A DNA stretch of 62,228 nt, filler included. It is 12 parts of 12 records of this genome, joined end to end, with 100 filler letters (N's around TTAATTAATTAA, not from the genome) between each part and the next. Parts side by side here need not be neighbours in the genome. Positions count along the whole stretch, not along the records: positions 49,658 to 54,267 come from SRR15195285_3779; positions 54,368 to 59,065 come from SRR15195285_3786; positions 59,166 to 62,228 come from SRR15195285_3788; 9 more parts are not named here. One strand, 5' to 3'. The notes beneath the pieces were generated by a model. It had not been told where the DNA came from and searched no databases. It was given only the letters and a program-made list of their open reading frames with translations. Positions 51,363 through 62,228 of the stretch are shown here, one piece after another. The first letter of the stretch is position 1; every line of letters begins with the position of its first letter. Both the position numbers and the translations under genes were made by a program.

Positions 51363-54033
51363 CTACGGTGCGCCTGTTCCCGCTGCAGCTGCAGCCACCG
51401 CCGCCTTTTTCTCTGCCATCTTCTTTTCGTAGCGCGCGATCATCTTCGCAGGAAGCGATGTGCTCTCGACCCAGGTATCGGCATCCTTCTCGCAGCCATG
51501 CCACCTCACCTTGTACTCCATCACGCCGTCTGCTCGCCTCCTGGCCTTGACGAGACCCCGGGCCTCCTGCCCTTGCGGACCTGCAACCGGCTTAAGAGCA
51601 ACCTTGTCTTTCCCCTGCGCGGAGCTAGGCGCCTTGGCGACATGATCAGCAGGACTAGGTGCATTCTTTGATTTCTTCGCCGGGTTCGAAGGATTCTTGA
51701 CATTTGCATCTGGCCGGTATTCTTCTTCGTCGTCGTCATCATCGTCGTCCGAATCGTCAACTGACTTGTTTCTGCCTCGTTTAGCGCCACGTCGTTCGTC
51801 TCCGTTGGTCAGCGCAAGTGTAGCTCCTGAACCACCTTCCAGCAGCATCTGTGGCTCGTGCTTGTAGCGTGCTGCCTCGATCCGACCTGCTCCATTCCAT
51901 GCGCGTAGCGCGCTGGGCTGAGATGCACAGACTACCGGAGTAAAATATACACTGCGCAGCATCTGATCCACCATTTGCATGGGTGGTGCATTGCGGCCAT
52001 TTCCACAGATGGCGCAGTGATAAACCAAGCAATGAACGCACCAATGAGTGTAGACTTCCGGTCACCCTCCTCAAAACTGATCCCGTACGACGCACATACC
52101 TGTTCCAGAAAACGAGAACGGACAGTAGGGAAATGTTTAGACCAACTGTGCTTCAATGTTCAACGTTGCTTGTTATCACCACAAGGGAAATTACCGCCGC
52201 AAGTTGCTCTGCCTCCATCGTGTTGAGATTGGTGGGAAGCTCGTGGTCTTCAACGTCTTCAATGCCCGCAGTGTCTGCGGGTGCGGCGTCAGCAGCCATA
52301 GCTTCCTACAGCAGCCACGAACAGCGATCAAATTAAGAGTAGCGCAGTGTACCAGGTTCGCAACTCCTATAATCTCTCGATGACAGTCAGACAGCGAGCC
52401 AAGGAGGCAACGCACGGAGCCGTCAGTGAGCAGTCTTCCTTTGTCTGCCGCACGCAGAGCCTTCGCCAGCAGTGCAATCAGCTTTGGCTTGCTCAGGCCG
52501 GGTCCTGGCGCTGGCTGCACGTTATATAACTCGCACTGCTGCCGGATTGCAGTTTCGCTTAGCATCCACAGCTGCCCGACTTGGCGCCCACCTGCGCACA
52601 ACCAGCCCGGTGAGCAAGAAAATTGCATATGAGCTAGTCAACATGACGGAGTCGGTCGTGTGCAGCCTCTGACCAAATTCCCACTGCGCAACTGCCATCG
52701 CCTCCTCCTGTGCAAGCTGGCCACGCGATGCAGCATTTCGCCTCTGCTCGGCAGCCGCCCGTGCTGCTGTGTGCGCCGCGATTGCCTTTGCGTCGTTGCA
52801 GGATGCCAAGTGCGCGATGGCTCCGTCCGCAGTCTCAGCGTCTGGGCGGCCGCCGCACCGAGGACAGTCATCCAGCAGACCCTTGACCAGACAACGTGCA
52901 GCCGCGCAGATTCAAACAATGCAAAGAATGGTCATAAGAGAGACTCGACAGAGGAAGCGCACCAGGACAAAGAGCTGTTCCTCCTTCGTACGGCTCTCGT
53001 CTGCTTCTCCGCTTGAGCCCGAACGCTTGGCGGAGCGAGCGGCGCGTCGAGCCTGTCCCTCACGCTTCTTCAACCGCGCCTCCTGTTCAGTTTTTACCTC
53101 TTTGCGGACCTCTTCCTCGCGGCGCTCTGAAAGCTTGTGCTGCATAAACCCAAACTCGCGGCCGCATCCAGCATTCCCACATACAATCTTTCGGTGGTAG
53201 TCCTGTGGTGAGTACTCGAAGGGCTTGCGACAGTGCGGGCACTTGTGTTCCGCAGTCATACATCCGAAGGAGCATGCGCACCGGCCACAGACGTACTCTT
53301 TCAAGCCCATCATCAGCAAGTTGTACGCCGCGGTCTCGAGTCCGAGCTCAGCGCGACCCCACTCCATGTGACAACGGGGGCAGTTGACCCGGGTGTTGTG
53401 GCATCCGGCATTGGAGCGCACTACCTGCTTGGCCTTCTGCCGTGGCTTCTTCGCTGAGCTCTCGGATGACGCCTCGGGGTTGCTCAAAGCTTCGTAGGCA
53501 CTCACGAGAGTCTGAAAGGCGCTCTTTGAATCTGCGGAGTTGCCGTTCTTGTCTGGGTGGATCTTCACGGAGAGCTTCAGGTAGGCTTTCCGCATGTCCG
53601 CGGTGCTTGAAGAGCTGGAAATTGCGATGCCACTCAGCGATAGAATGGCGGCATCGTCTTCGCCGGCATCAGCCTTCGTGATGATGCTCTGGATCAGTCT
53701 AGTACCACCGCCGCCGCTGCCGCCGCCGCCGCCACTACTTGCCGCCGCGCCGCCGGATGACGCCTCGGCGCTGGAGGCCTTGAGTGACCGTAGGTGATCC
53801 GCGAGCCGCCGGACCAGCTCGTCCTTGTTGCCGATGCAGTCCAGACCATTTTGGGCGAGGGTCTTGCGCACTTTGCCGACGCCGAGCGCCTTGGCCTGCT
53901 GTGCTTCCGCAAAGTTGAGGCATGAACAGTTGCCTTCCAGGCCACGCCCGCCATGGCATTCCGCACCGCACGCCACGCCCGCCTTGGCGCAGGCGCATCC
54001 CGCGCACTTGCCAGCGTTGCACCCGCACGGCAT
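51363..54033 (-). CDS. Multi-exon protein: Cys cluster, SAP, DnaJ (HPD), CxxC Zn ribbons, helical repeats, acidic/basic linker, chromodomain
   Basis: MPCGCNAGKCAGCAC; VRKTLAQNGLDCIGNKDELVRRL; MRKAYLKLSVKIHPDKN...FQTLVSAYEALS; CPRC, CGRC, CPHC; EYKVRWHGCEKDADTWVE. Five inferred GT-AG introns (first 52882-52962) link the ORF pieces in frame. Confidence 0.8.
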
Positions 54034-54267
54034 CGTGTGTGGCGGAAGCGAGACTTGGACAAGGACAGCCTGTGGGGTATACGGAACAGGCCCGTCCGCT
54101 GTCCCGTGTCCGTCCGGCTCTGTCGGTCCGCCCCGGCGCTGCTGCAACGCCCAGCCCCAGGTGGTCACAGAACAGGCTGATGTGATGCAACAGCAGGCAC
54201 CCTCCTCTTTGATTTCAAACCTCATTCTGATTCTCGAGTGATAGACTGACTTTGGAGACAAGACTGA

Positions 54268-54367
54268 NNNNNNNNNNNNNNNNNNNNNNNNNNNNNNNNN
54301 NNNNNNNNNNNTTAATTAATTAANNNNNNNNNNNNNNNNNNNNNNNNNNNNNNNNNNNNNNNNNNNN
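54268..54367. other. Artificial contig linker
   Basis: N44-TTAATTAATTAA-N44. Confidence 0.98.
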
Positions 54368-54404
54368 TCTCTCTCTCTCTCTGTCTCTCTCTCTGTCCCT
54401 CTCC
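54368..54404. repeat. (CT)n microsatellite at a contig edge
   Basis: tctctctctctctctgtctctctctctgtccctctcc. Confidence 0.85.
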
Positions 54405-54509
54405 ATCTATCGAGTTGCCTGTTCTAATGCGATGGGCGGGGGACATACTGGGTGAGGGCTGAGGGTTTTGGGGTTGTTTGAGGGGTTAGGGAAGGGTAGA
54501 TTTGGGGCC

Positions 54510-57500
54510 ATGATATACCAAGAGGAAGCGCCGGGAGAGAACCCTTTTGTCGGGCGTGAGACCGTGTTCGCTGAGGTCATATGTACTGCGTTGCTTGCTG
54601 GCTTGCGTGTGGATCTTGCGGTTTGCTTGTGTTTTTTCGCAGTCGTTGTACCGCTCGGAGGAGATGACGTATATGCAGATTGTGATCTCGCGAGAGGCTG
54701 CCTATGAGACCATCAAGGCCTTTGGGCGCATGAGCGAGTCCGGCCACCCGGGCCTGCAGTTCACAGACCTCAACGCGGACAAAACCCCGATGCAGAAGCA
54801 CTATGCTCCCTACATCCGGCGTAGCGCCGAGGTGGACCGCATCCTGCGACTGCTGGACGGGATGATCGCGCGCAACCACGTCACGTCCGTGACGGTCGGC
54901 GACGCGTCAGAGGAGTCGCGCGGCATTTTTGACACAGGGGCGCAGGGGCGGGAGCCGATCGAGCAAGAGCTGCTGGCGCTCGAGAAGGAGCTGGTCTCTA
55001 TGGAGAAGAACCTGGACATTGTGGTCCAGCAGCGCATAAAGTTGATCGAGCACAAGGAGGTGCTGAACAAAGTCGGTCCTGTGCTCGGCACCGGCTACGG
55101 TGGGTTCGGCCACGAGACCTACGGCGGCCCCGGGGGTGGCCGCCGCTCGATGGACCAGGGCCTGCTGGGCACGGAGATGGCACAGCTGACTGATCCCGGG
55201 ATGCTGAGCAACGTGGTCGGCACGCTGCCGGCCGAGTCGCAGGCGATGTTCGAGCGCCTGGTCTTCCGCATCGGACGCGGGAACGTCCACCTCCGGTTTA
55301 TCGAGGCGCCGCTCAATTCGGAAGGCCAGGGGGAGAAGGTCGTGTTCTGCGCGCTGTTTCAGGGTGCAGAGATGGGCAGGAAGGTAGAGAAGGTCGCCAA
55401 GAATTTCTCGGCGAACATCTTCACCTTCAACGCGGACACGGTTGATGCGGACATTCGCCAGGTGCAGAACGACCTCGACGACCGCACACGTACGATGCGC
55501 ATGACGCGCGACCACATCCAAGGGCAGCTCGGCGATCTGGCGTCCAAACTGCCGATGTGGAATGAGAAGGCGAAGGCCGAGCTGGCGATCTACGATACTC
55601 TCAATCGCTTCGCACAGCTCGGTGACCTGCACGACAATTTTGACGACGGTGATCAAAGCGGCAATTCGGAGTTCCTGACAGGTGAAGCATGGCTGCCGAA
55701 TATTTCGATTCAAGCTGTTGAGGAGACGCTGAAGATTGGCCAGCAGAAAGCTCGCGCGTCAGCTCCGTCATACTGCCGCACCCTGAAAGCTCGAGGGATG
55801 CCTCCGACATACTTTAAGACCGGCAAGATCACATCACAGTTCCAGGCAGTCGTGGAAGCATACGGTATCGCGAGGTACCGGGAGCACAGCCCAGTGCCAT
55901 ACGTGCATATCATGTTCCCGTTCATGTTTGCGGTCATGTTTGGTGACGTCGGGCACGGAACTCTTGCGTTGCTGTTTGCCCTCTACTTAATCTGGAACGA
56001 GAAAAAGCTGGAAGAAACCGGTGTGAACGAGATGCTCCAGACGGCTTTCGACGGACGCTACGTTGTACTTGTGATGGCTTTGTTCTCCATCTACTGCGGC
56101 GCGCTTTACAACGAAGTGTTCGGGCTGCCTGTTGATTACTTTCATTCCCGGTGGGCCTACCACGGAAACAACGGCACCACCTCCGGTACTGTGGCAGTGT
56201 ACACTGGAGTTGATACCTGTGGCGTAGCGGCGGATCCGGGGGCTTGCAACCTGCCTCCGGCCAACGTGTATCCGTTTGGTATGGACCCTGCCTGGAAGTG
56301 GGCCGCCAACGGCCTGCAGTACACCAACTCGCTCAAGATGAAAATGTCGGTGATCCTCGGCGTCTCGCAGATGGTGTTTGGCATTATACTGAAAGCGACG
56401 AACGATCTTCACTTCAAGGAGCCGCTGGATTTTTATTGCGAGTTCATACCGCAGATGATCTTCATGAACTTTATCTTCGGCTACATGTGCTGGCTCATCA
56501 TTTTTAAGTGGCAGACCTGCTGGCTGCCCGACCAACCTGACAGCTGGCCCGAAACTGACACGGGGACCTTCGACGGAAGGATTACGTTCGAAACGGACCC
56601 TCACCGGTACAAAGAGGCTCTGGACGGTGTTGGCTGGACTCTGCCATCTGATATGAATCCAGAGCCGGAGCTCATCGCGGAGCCGCTGCAGACGGGATTG
56701 CTGCCACCGTGGGGTCAGGATGGCCAAAATGGCAAACTCATCCTGGAGGGCACCAAGCTCTCGTACGTTTGCGAAGGGAAGCTTAATGACCTAGATGCGC
56801 CACCGGATATCAAACAGATCTTGATCAACATGTTCATGGCGTTTGGGACCGACTTTCCACAACAGTTCGTCCTCTACGCCAACATGAACACGTGGCACCA
56901 GCCGATGGTGATCATCGCAGTGCTTTGCATCCCGATTATGCTGCTCCCGAAGCCGCTGATCTTGAACGCAGAGCACAAGAAAACGCAAGGCTACGGCGTG
57001 ATCACGAACGATGACGACATGATTGGCGGCGGCGGAGGCGGCGGCGGCCACGGCCACGGCGACGAGGAATTCGACTTTGGAGAGGTCATGATTCACCAGG
57101 TGATTGAGACAATCGAGTTCGTACTAGGGGCGATCTCGAACACAGCCAGCTACTTGCGGCTGTGGGCCCTGTCGCTCGCGCACGCGCAACTGACGGACGT
57201 TTTCTGGGAGAAGATCATGGTCGAGAATTTCGAGCGTTTCATCGAGTCGTCGCCGATAGTATTTGCGGTTGTGATGTTCTGCGCATTCGCGGTGTGGATG
57301 GCCTGCTCGTTTGGAGTGTTGCTGGTGCGTCGTAGCACCGCTCTCCATACGCCAGCAAGTTCAACTAGCCTTGCCTGGTCCTTCACCAGCTGTCCGCACC
57401 TCATCTCTGTTGCCACCTGATAACTGTCAACTATTCTTGTGCTCTCCTCGCTCTCATCTTTGCCGTCGTCACGATAGGTGATGGAGAGTCTTTCTGCTAC

Positions 57501-57612
57501 TCTGCATGCACTGCGCCTTACCTGGGTCGAATTCCAGAACAAGTTCTACCACGGCGACGGCGTTAAGTTTGTGCCGTTCGACCTTAAGAACCTGAACGAA
57601 GAAGAAGAATGA
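54510..57612 (+). CDS. VHA-a: V-type H+-ATPase V0 subunit a (Vph1/VHA-a)
   Basis: [82 protein letters not shown]. Last intron 57325-57477; the first exon and its donor are less certain. Confidence 0.95.
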
Positions 57613-57643
57613 GTATCTTTTGATCGGGAAAAAGCATAACTTT

Positions 57644-57763
57644 TCTGTTGCGCGAACTTGCTGTTCCGTTCTTCCATACACTGCGCGGCGGCCAATCCAG
57701 CTTAACTGTCTCTCTGTTGCGCGAACTTTCTGTTGCTGTCTTCATACCCTGCACGACGGCCAA
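57644..57763. repeat. Imperfect ~50-bp tandem duplication in the intergenic region between convergent genes
   Basis: tctgttgcgcgaactt.ctgtt...catac.ctgc.cg.cggccaa occurs at about 57644 and about 57713. Confidence 0.7.
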
Positions 57764-57982
57764 CATGCTCCACGATGCGCGCAGATGGGCTCATAGCTAT
57801 AAGGAAAGAATAACGCATTTTATGCACACAAGACTGGTGCACTCTGACCGGGTGGTCACACAACGACCGAGACCGAACCTCCGCCCCGCCGCAAGCCAAC
57901 CACCCCGAAGCTCGAGTTGTTCGCACTCCGCAAACACCCTCCATCTTCATCACCCACCACATCGTGAATCTAGGCAGCCGCC

Positions 57983-58919
57983 TTACACCGCCACTGAGCG
58001 AGAGGAGCGCGACTGACCCGCCTGGTCCAGCTGGCTACGGATGCCCATCTGGGCAGCGTACTCGTCACTCAGCTCAGACTGTGCCCGCCGAGCCTCCTTC
58101 TCCGCTTCCAAGACGTCCAGAGGCTTCTCGTGCTCGGCCATGTGCACAGCCGCAAGCTTTGTGTTCTCCTCCACCTTCTCGAGGTAGTAGTCGATGGTGG
58201 CCTTGTCCACCTTCTGCACCATCTTTGCCGGCATCCCTGACCAAAACTCTCCGGCCTTGATGGTCGCACCCGGCGCGAGAATTGAGCCCGCCCCGAGCAT
58301 ACCGTGCTTCTCCACGGTTGCACCGTCCAAAACGTGCGCCCCAATTCCGATGATTGCCTCATCGTGCACCGTGCAAGAGTGCAAGACAGCACCTTGGCCT
58401 GCGCAGCGAGGCAACGCGGGTTCAGCGTCTGCGGCTAGGAAAGGACCGGGTTCGCAGGAAAGACCGCGAGCAGCGGCGGGTGGCGTACCAACGGTGACCT
58501 TGCTCCCGATGACCGCGGGCAGCTTCTCCGAAGCCGGCCCGGACGGCCCCACATGCACCAACACCTTATCCTGCACAGCGGTGCCCTCCCCCACGCTAAT
58601 GCTGTTGGAGTCGCCTACAGCAGTGGTAACAGGAGCAGCCACCCGACCGTCAGTCAACGGCAGCGGCGATGGGTAGTCGCGGATCGCAAGTACTACCGCG
58701 CCGACAGTGGGCTGTGACCGCCGCGCCTGCAGCTGAAGAGCTCGCGCGGGGCGCGCGCGCAAGCTTTGTGCGTACCTCTCAGGATCGCGCCATACCAAAC
58801 CGATGAGCCGCTGCCCAGCGTCACGTCGCCAATAACAGAGGCGTTCGGTGCCACAAACACGTCACCGCCAACGATCGGGTGCGTATCGTGGACGCCCATC
58901 ACTTTACGGTGACGGCTCA
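57983..58919 (-). CDS. Mitochondrial complex I gamma-carbonic anhydrase subunit; 5' exon missing
   Basis: SRHR.VM; FVAPNASVIGDV..G..SSVWYGAILR|GD.NSI.VG...VQD..LVH; V|GQGAVLHSC; hexapeptide repeats; W.G.PAK; C-terminal helix. Confidence 0.9.
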
Positions 58920-59065
58920 CTGCACACGAACCGCAGGCAGGCGAGAGGTCAGCCACCAAGGTGCACCAGCTTGGTTTCGGCGGGAGGCGGGTGGCCTGGC
59001 GGCGGCTAGCCGCATGGCGCAGCCCTCCCAGCTTTCCGAGCCCCCCCCCCCCCCCCCCCCCCCCC

Positions 59066-59165
59066 NNNNNNNNNNNNNNNNNNNNNNNNNNNNNNNNNNN
59101 NNNNNNNNNTTAATTAATTAANNNNNNNNNNNNNNNNNNNNNNNNNNNNNNNNNNNNNNNNNNNN
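59066..59165. other. Artificial contig linker, preceded by a 25-nt poly-C run (59041-59065)
   Basis: N44-TTAATTAATTAA-N44. Confidence 0.98.
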
Positions 59166-59310
59166 TGGATTGAATCCTGAGCCAGCCTGTGACAACGATG
59201 CCGGTCCGCCTGCGCTGCGCCCCCCACTGTGACCTGTGAGAGGTCCAGGTCGCGGCAAAGGACCTGAGGACTGCGCGGCAACCCCTGAGGGGCGTGCTGG
59301 AGCGGCCGGG

Positions 59311-60090
59311 ATGGCGCTCAGCGTGGATGGGAGCGGGGCCGGCGGGGTCGAGGTTCATGAGATCGAGAACGAGGAGGGGTTTCAGTACAAGGGTGAGATG
59401 CGGGGTAACAGACGGCACGGCAAAGGGACGCTGATATGGCCAGATGGTACACAGTACAGCGGCGAGTTCTGGGATGGCAAGCGACACGGGAAAGGAAAAA
59501 TCGCGTGGCCTGACGGGTGTGAGTACAACGGCGAATGGCTACAAGGAGAGCGGTCTGGCTGGGGCAAGAGTACCAGCCCTGACGGCAGTTCCTACGACGG
59601 TCAGTTCATTAACGGCAAGCGACAAGGACGTGGCACGAGCACTAGCGTCGACGGCCCGTCGACGGCAACATACCTAGGGGATTGGGAGGGTGGCGTGCGC
59701 CAGGGATATGGCCAGTATCGAAAGTCCGACGGCAGCCAGTACGATGGGCACTGGGTGCAGGGCAAGATGGCAGGACAGGGTCGCTACGTCTGGCCAAACG
59801 GCCAGATGTACGAGGGCGACTGGAGCGACAGCCGGCGCCATGGTTATGGGCGCTTGGTGTACGCTAACGGCACGGTGGTTGAGGGCGACTGGGTGGACGG
59901 GAAGCTGCACGGGAAGGGGCGGTTGTTAGACGCGGGAGGTCTGCACCAGTTCGAAGCGGAGTACGTAGAAGGTGAGATGCAAGGGACAGCAAAGTACACG
60001 CGGACAGAGCGCGGGCAGGATGGGATGGTGGTAACGAGTGTCCAGACTACGGTTGGCGGCAGTTTGACCGGCAACAAACCACAGTACTAG
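59311..60090 (+). CDS. MORN-repeat protein (about 9 repeats)
   Basis: Repeated Y.G.W..G.RHG.G...W.DG units. Confidence 0.9.
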   Translation: MALSVDGSGAGGVEVHEIENEEGFQYKGEMRGNRRHGKGTLIWPDGTQYSGEFWDGKRHGKGKIAWPDGCEYNGEWLQGERSGWGKSTSPDGSSYDGQFINGKRQGRGTSTSVDGPSTATYLGDWEGGVRQGYGQYRKSDGSQYDGHWVQGKMAGQGRYVWPNGQMYEGDWSDSRRHGYGRLVYANGTVVEGDWVDGKLHGKGRLLDAGGLHQFEAEYVEGEMQGTAKYTRTERGQDGMVVTSVQTTVGGSLTGNKPQY

Positions 60091-60316
60091 ATACCGTGGC
60101 CGGTCGCTGGTCTGACCTAGACCTCTGTGAGAGACAAATCAACACTCTCTTTACGTTCATGTGTACATAGACCTGTGTCTAGAGAGTAGCGCAAGTCATC
60201 TCGTGTGTGGCTCTGTGCTACTGCCCACCCACTCGTTCGTCTATCCACGCAGGTTTCGATGATGCCCCCTGCGTAGCTCTACCAGCAATCGACTAGCGAC
60301 CAGCGAATTGGTTGTA

Positions 60317-62101
60317 TCACCCGGAGTCTGGATTGCCGTGCTCGTGCACCACCTCACCCTCACCAAGCCCGCCTGTAGCTTCGTTGCGTGCTTGTGGTTC
60401 TCCTTCGCCCCCGGACTCATCCAGACCATCAGAAGACACGTCTGAGTCCGATCCCTCTGAGTCCGAAGACTCTACCAATCTGCAGTCGGACCAAGGCTTC
60501 GTCACCTCTTCTCCTGTGTTTATAATGATCGTATGCATCGTTGTCTTGTCCTTCGCCCATCTACTAGGCTTGTGAAACTGGTGGTAAACCCCCTCGCCAA
60601 ATCCCGTGACAAACACACGAACGGTTCCATCGGTTTTGCAGCCGACAAGATTCGGGTCCACCGCATCTCTCGCTGCTTGCTCCTTTGCCGCCTGCTCTTG
60701 TTCCAAGCGCATTGCCTCTTCCTGCGCAGCCACATTCTTGGCTTCGAGCTCCGCCTGATGCTCCCGAGCCTTTTTCTCCGCATTCTCCCTGGCGACTGCC
60801 TCACGCAGCATCTGGCGCAGGCTCTCGAGCTGGTCCTCAAACACACCTTCGCTGTCGACACCGCGGCTCGCCAGCTCGGCTTTGCACTCTTGGAAACCAG
60901 CACGTTGGATCCAGTCGCCCTCAATATCATACCGTCTCGTCAACTCAGACAACTCCCATACATCCCCTGGATCTACTAGCGATATGAACGGATGCAATGG
61001 CACCTTTCGTAGCGGCAGTCCCTCAATCACGCCGACCTCCTCCTCAAGGCCACCCTTCTCAGGCATCATCCAGAACGTCGCGCGCCCATGATCGGGGCGC
61101 AGGTCTACGATGATCCTGATCGTAGCGCCAGCACCGAGCACTGGCTTCACATCGTGCCCCCTCACGCCCTTCGCATACAGGCTTGCCTGTCCCACATACT
61201 CCCCGTATTGCTTGATGAACGCGTTTCCACCGAGATACCAGGCCTTGTCCGAGTTCCTGGCCCATTCCTCGACGTCAAACTCTGATTCGCACAGACCAAC
61301 CGCGAAGTTTATACGATCGTGCATGCGCTCGTTGCTTTCCCGCGTGCATCGATCAGTTTCCTTGCGCTCGAAGTCAATCTCGGAGTCGGTGCTCACTTCG
61401 CTCATGGCATCTGTCGCCAAGAGCACCGTCACGGTGCTCCCAGGCTCCGTGTTGCGAAAGAGCGACTCTGCCTCCTCTTTGGTTGCGACCGCTTCTCCGT
61501 TGATTTCCAGAATGCGGCTGCCCACCTGTACTCCTTCGCGCTTGGCCCAGCAGTCAAACTGAAGTGAGGCGACGACGCAGTCAGGTGTAAGCTCGATGCC
61601 AAAATCGGGGCCTCCGCAGCGAGGAGAAGGCGGCCGTTGTAACTCGACCTGCTGGGTAGGCTCGCTGTACTCTGACTCCGGGTCTAGCTCCGGCTCCGGC
61701 TCTTCGTCCGCAGCCATCAGCGCAAGCTCCGCCGCATCCGTCGTTTCCAGCGCACGCAAGCGTTGGTCTCGCTCGGCATCGCGCTGCTTCTCTGCGAGCT
61801 TCGCCTGCTTGCGTGCTTCCTTCTTGGCTTCTCTCTTGTCTGCGATCAGCTCCTCGCGCTCTTCGTCACGAATGCGTTCGGCTTCGCGCCGCGCCATGCG
61901 TTCCTCAGTCAGCTGGACATTCTCTTTCACCCACGTGAACGTGAACTCGTGCACCAGCCCACGCAGCGTCGCGGAGCCGATGGCATTGGAGGGCTGCCTG
62001 TGGTACACTGTCGCGACGTTCTTCACACGGTTACCACGCGCGACCATGTTTTCGTGGCATCGCGCCCAGCGTGAAGAGCACGCGGAGTTCCCAGCGCCCA
62101 T
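60317..62101 (-). CDS. Putatively myristoylated SPRY-like + PDZ + coiled-coil protein
   Basis: MGAGNS start; PDZ FGIEL...AKREGVQVGSRILEINGEAV; SPRY-like FAVGL...AWYL...GATIRIIVDL...ATFW...LHPFISL..PGD. Confidence 0.7.
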   Translation of the reverse strand: MGAGNSACSSRWARCHENMVARGNRVKNVATVYHRQPSNAIGSATLRGLVHEFTFTWVKENVQLTEERMARREAERIRDEEREELIADKREAKKEARKQAKLAEKQRDAERDQRLRALETTDAAELALMAADEEPEPELDPESEYSEPTQQVELQRPPSPRCGGPDFGIELTPDCVVASLQFDCWAKREGVQVGSRILEINGEAVATKEEAESLFRNTEPGSTVTVLLATDAMSEVSTDSEIDFERKETDRCTRESNERMHDRINFAVGLCESEFDVEEWARNSDKAWYLGGNAFIKQYGEYVGQASLYAKGVRGHDVKPVLGAGATIRIIVDLRPDHGRATFWMMPEKGGLEEEVGVIEGLPLRKVPLHPFISLVDPGDVWELSELTRRYDIEGDWIQRAGFQECKAELASRGVDSEGVFEDQLESLRQMLREAVARENAEKKAREHQAELEAKNVAAQEEAMRLEQEQAAKEQAARDAVDPNLVGCKTDGTVRVFVTGFGEGVYHQFHKPSRWAKDKTTMHTIIINTGEEVTKPWSDCRLVESSDSEGSDSDVSSDGLDESGGEGEPQARNEATGGLGEGEVVHEHGNPDSG

Positions 62102-62228
62102 GGCCACCTGTGGCACACGGCCACTGCACGCTACGCCGGACGACCACAGCCGGTAGGTGCAGCTAGCCCGGGCGCCCCATCCCTCGCCTGCTCGCCGCTC
62201 TGTAGCTAGCCCGCGACGCTATCACTGC

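Noticed and set aside
54450-54500. GGGTTAGGG telomere-like sequence
   Set aside because: A single imperfect unit in a G-rich 5' region, with no tandem array
199-57477. Introns as introner-type mobile elements
   Set aside because: The introns share only donor, branch and acceptor motifs; I saw no near-identical intron bodies by eye
59041-59065. Poly-C tract
   Set aside because: It sits at a contig edge and is typical of poly-G sequencing artefacts
11790-59165. Regularly recurring TTAATTAATTAA inside N runs as a repeat or CRISPR-like array
   Set aside because: These are identical 100-bp synthetic linkers added when contigs were concatenated
426-62156. Numerous short antisense or overlapping ORFs in the ORF track
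   Set aside because: Shadow ORFs of GC-rich coding sequence

Overview
This window is eukaryotic, intron-containing DNA, probably from a marine protist MAG or SAG. It is not one locus: 12 unrelated contigs are joined by eleven 100-bp N44-TTAATTAATTAA-N44 linkers, so adjacency across a linker means nothing. Introns are short (about 75-165 nt), GT-AG, often with GTGCG/GTGAG/GTACG donors. Recognisable housekeeping genes: DDX51/Dbp6 helicase, QCR9, MCM4 (3' half), V-ATPase subunit a, complex I gamma-carbonic anhydrase (which points to a non-opisthokont), an ABCC transporter and a MORN protein. There are also three secreted glycoside hydrolases (GH3, GH27, GH16), a >3,800-aa lectin/Pmp-repeat membrane protein and three PDZ proteins. 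The most unusual items are: (i) a TBP-like factor that has lost 3 of the 4 TATA-intercalating Phe residues and is fused to an adaptin-appendage platform domain; (ii) a Cys-cluster-SAP-DnaJ-Zn-ribbon-chromodomain protein; (iii) a 7TM domain resembling plant RGS1 that carries EF-hands instead of an RGS box; (iv) a recurring pattern of domains inserted inside other domains. All domain calls are motif recognition by eye; no searches were run.
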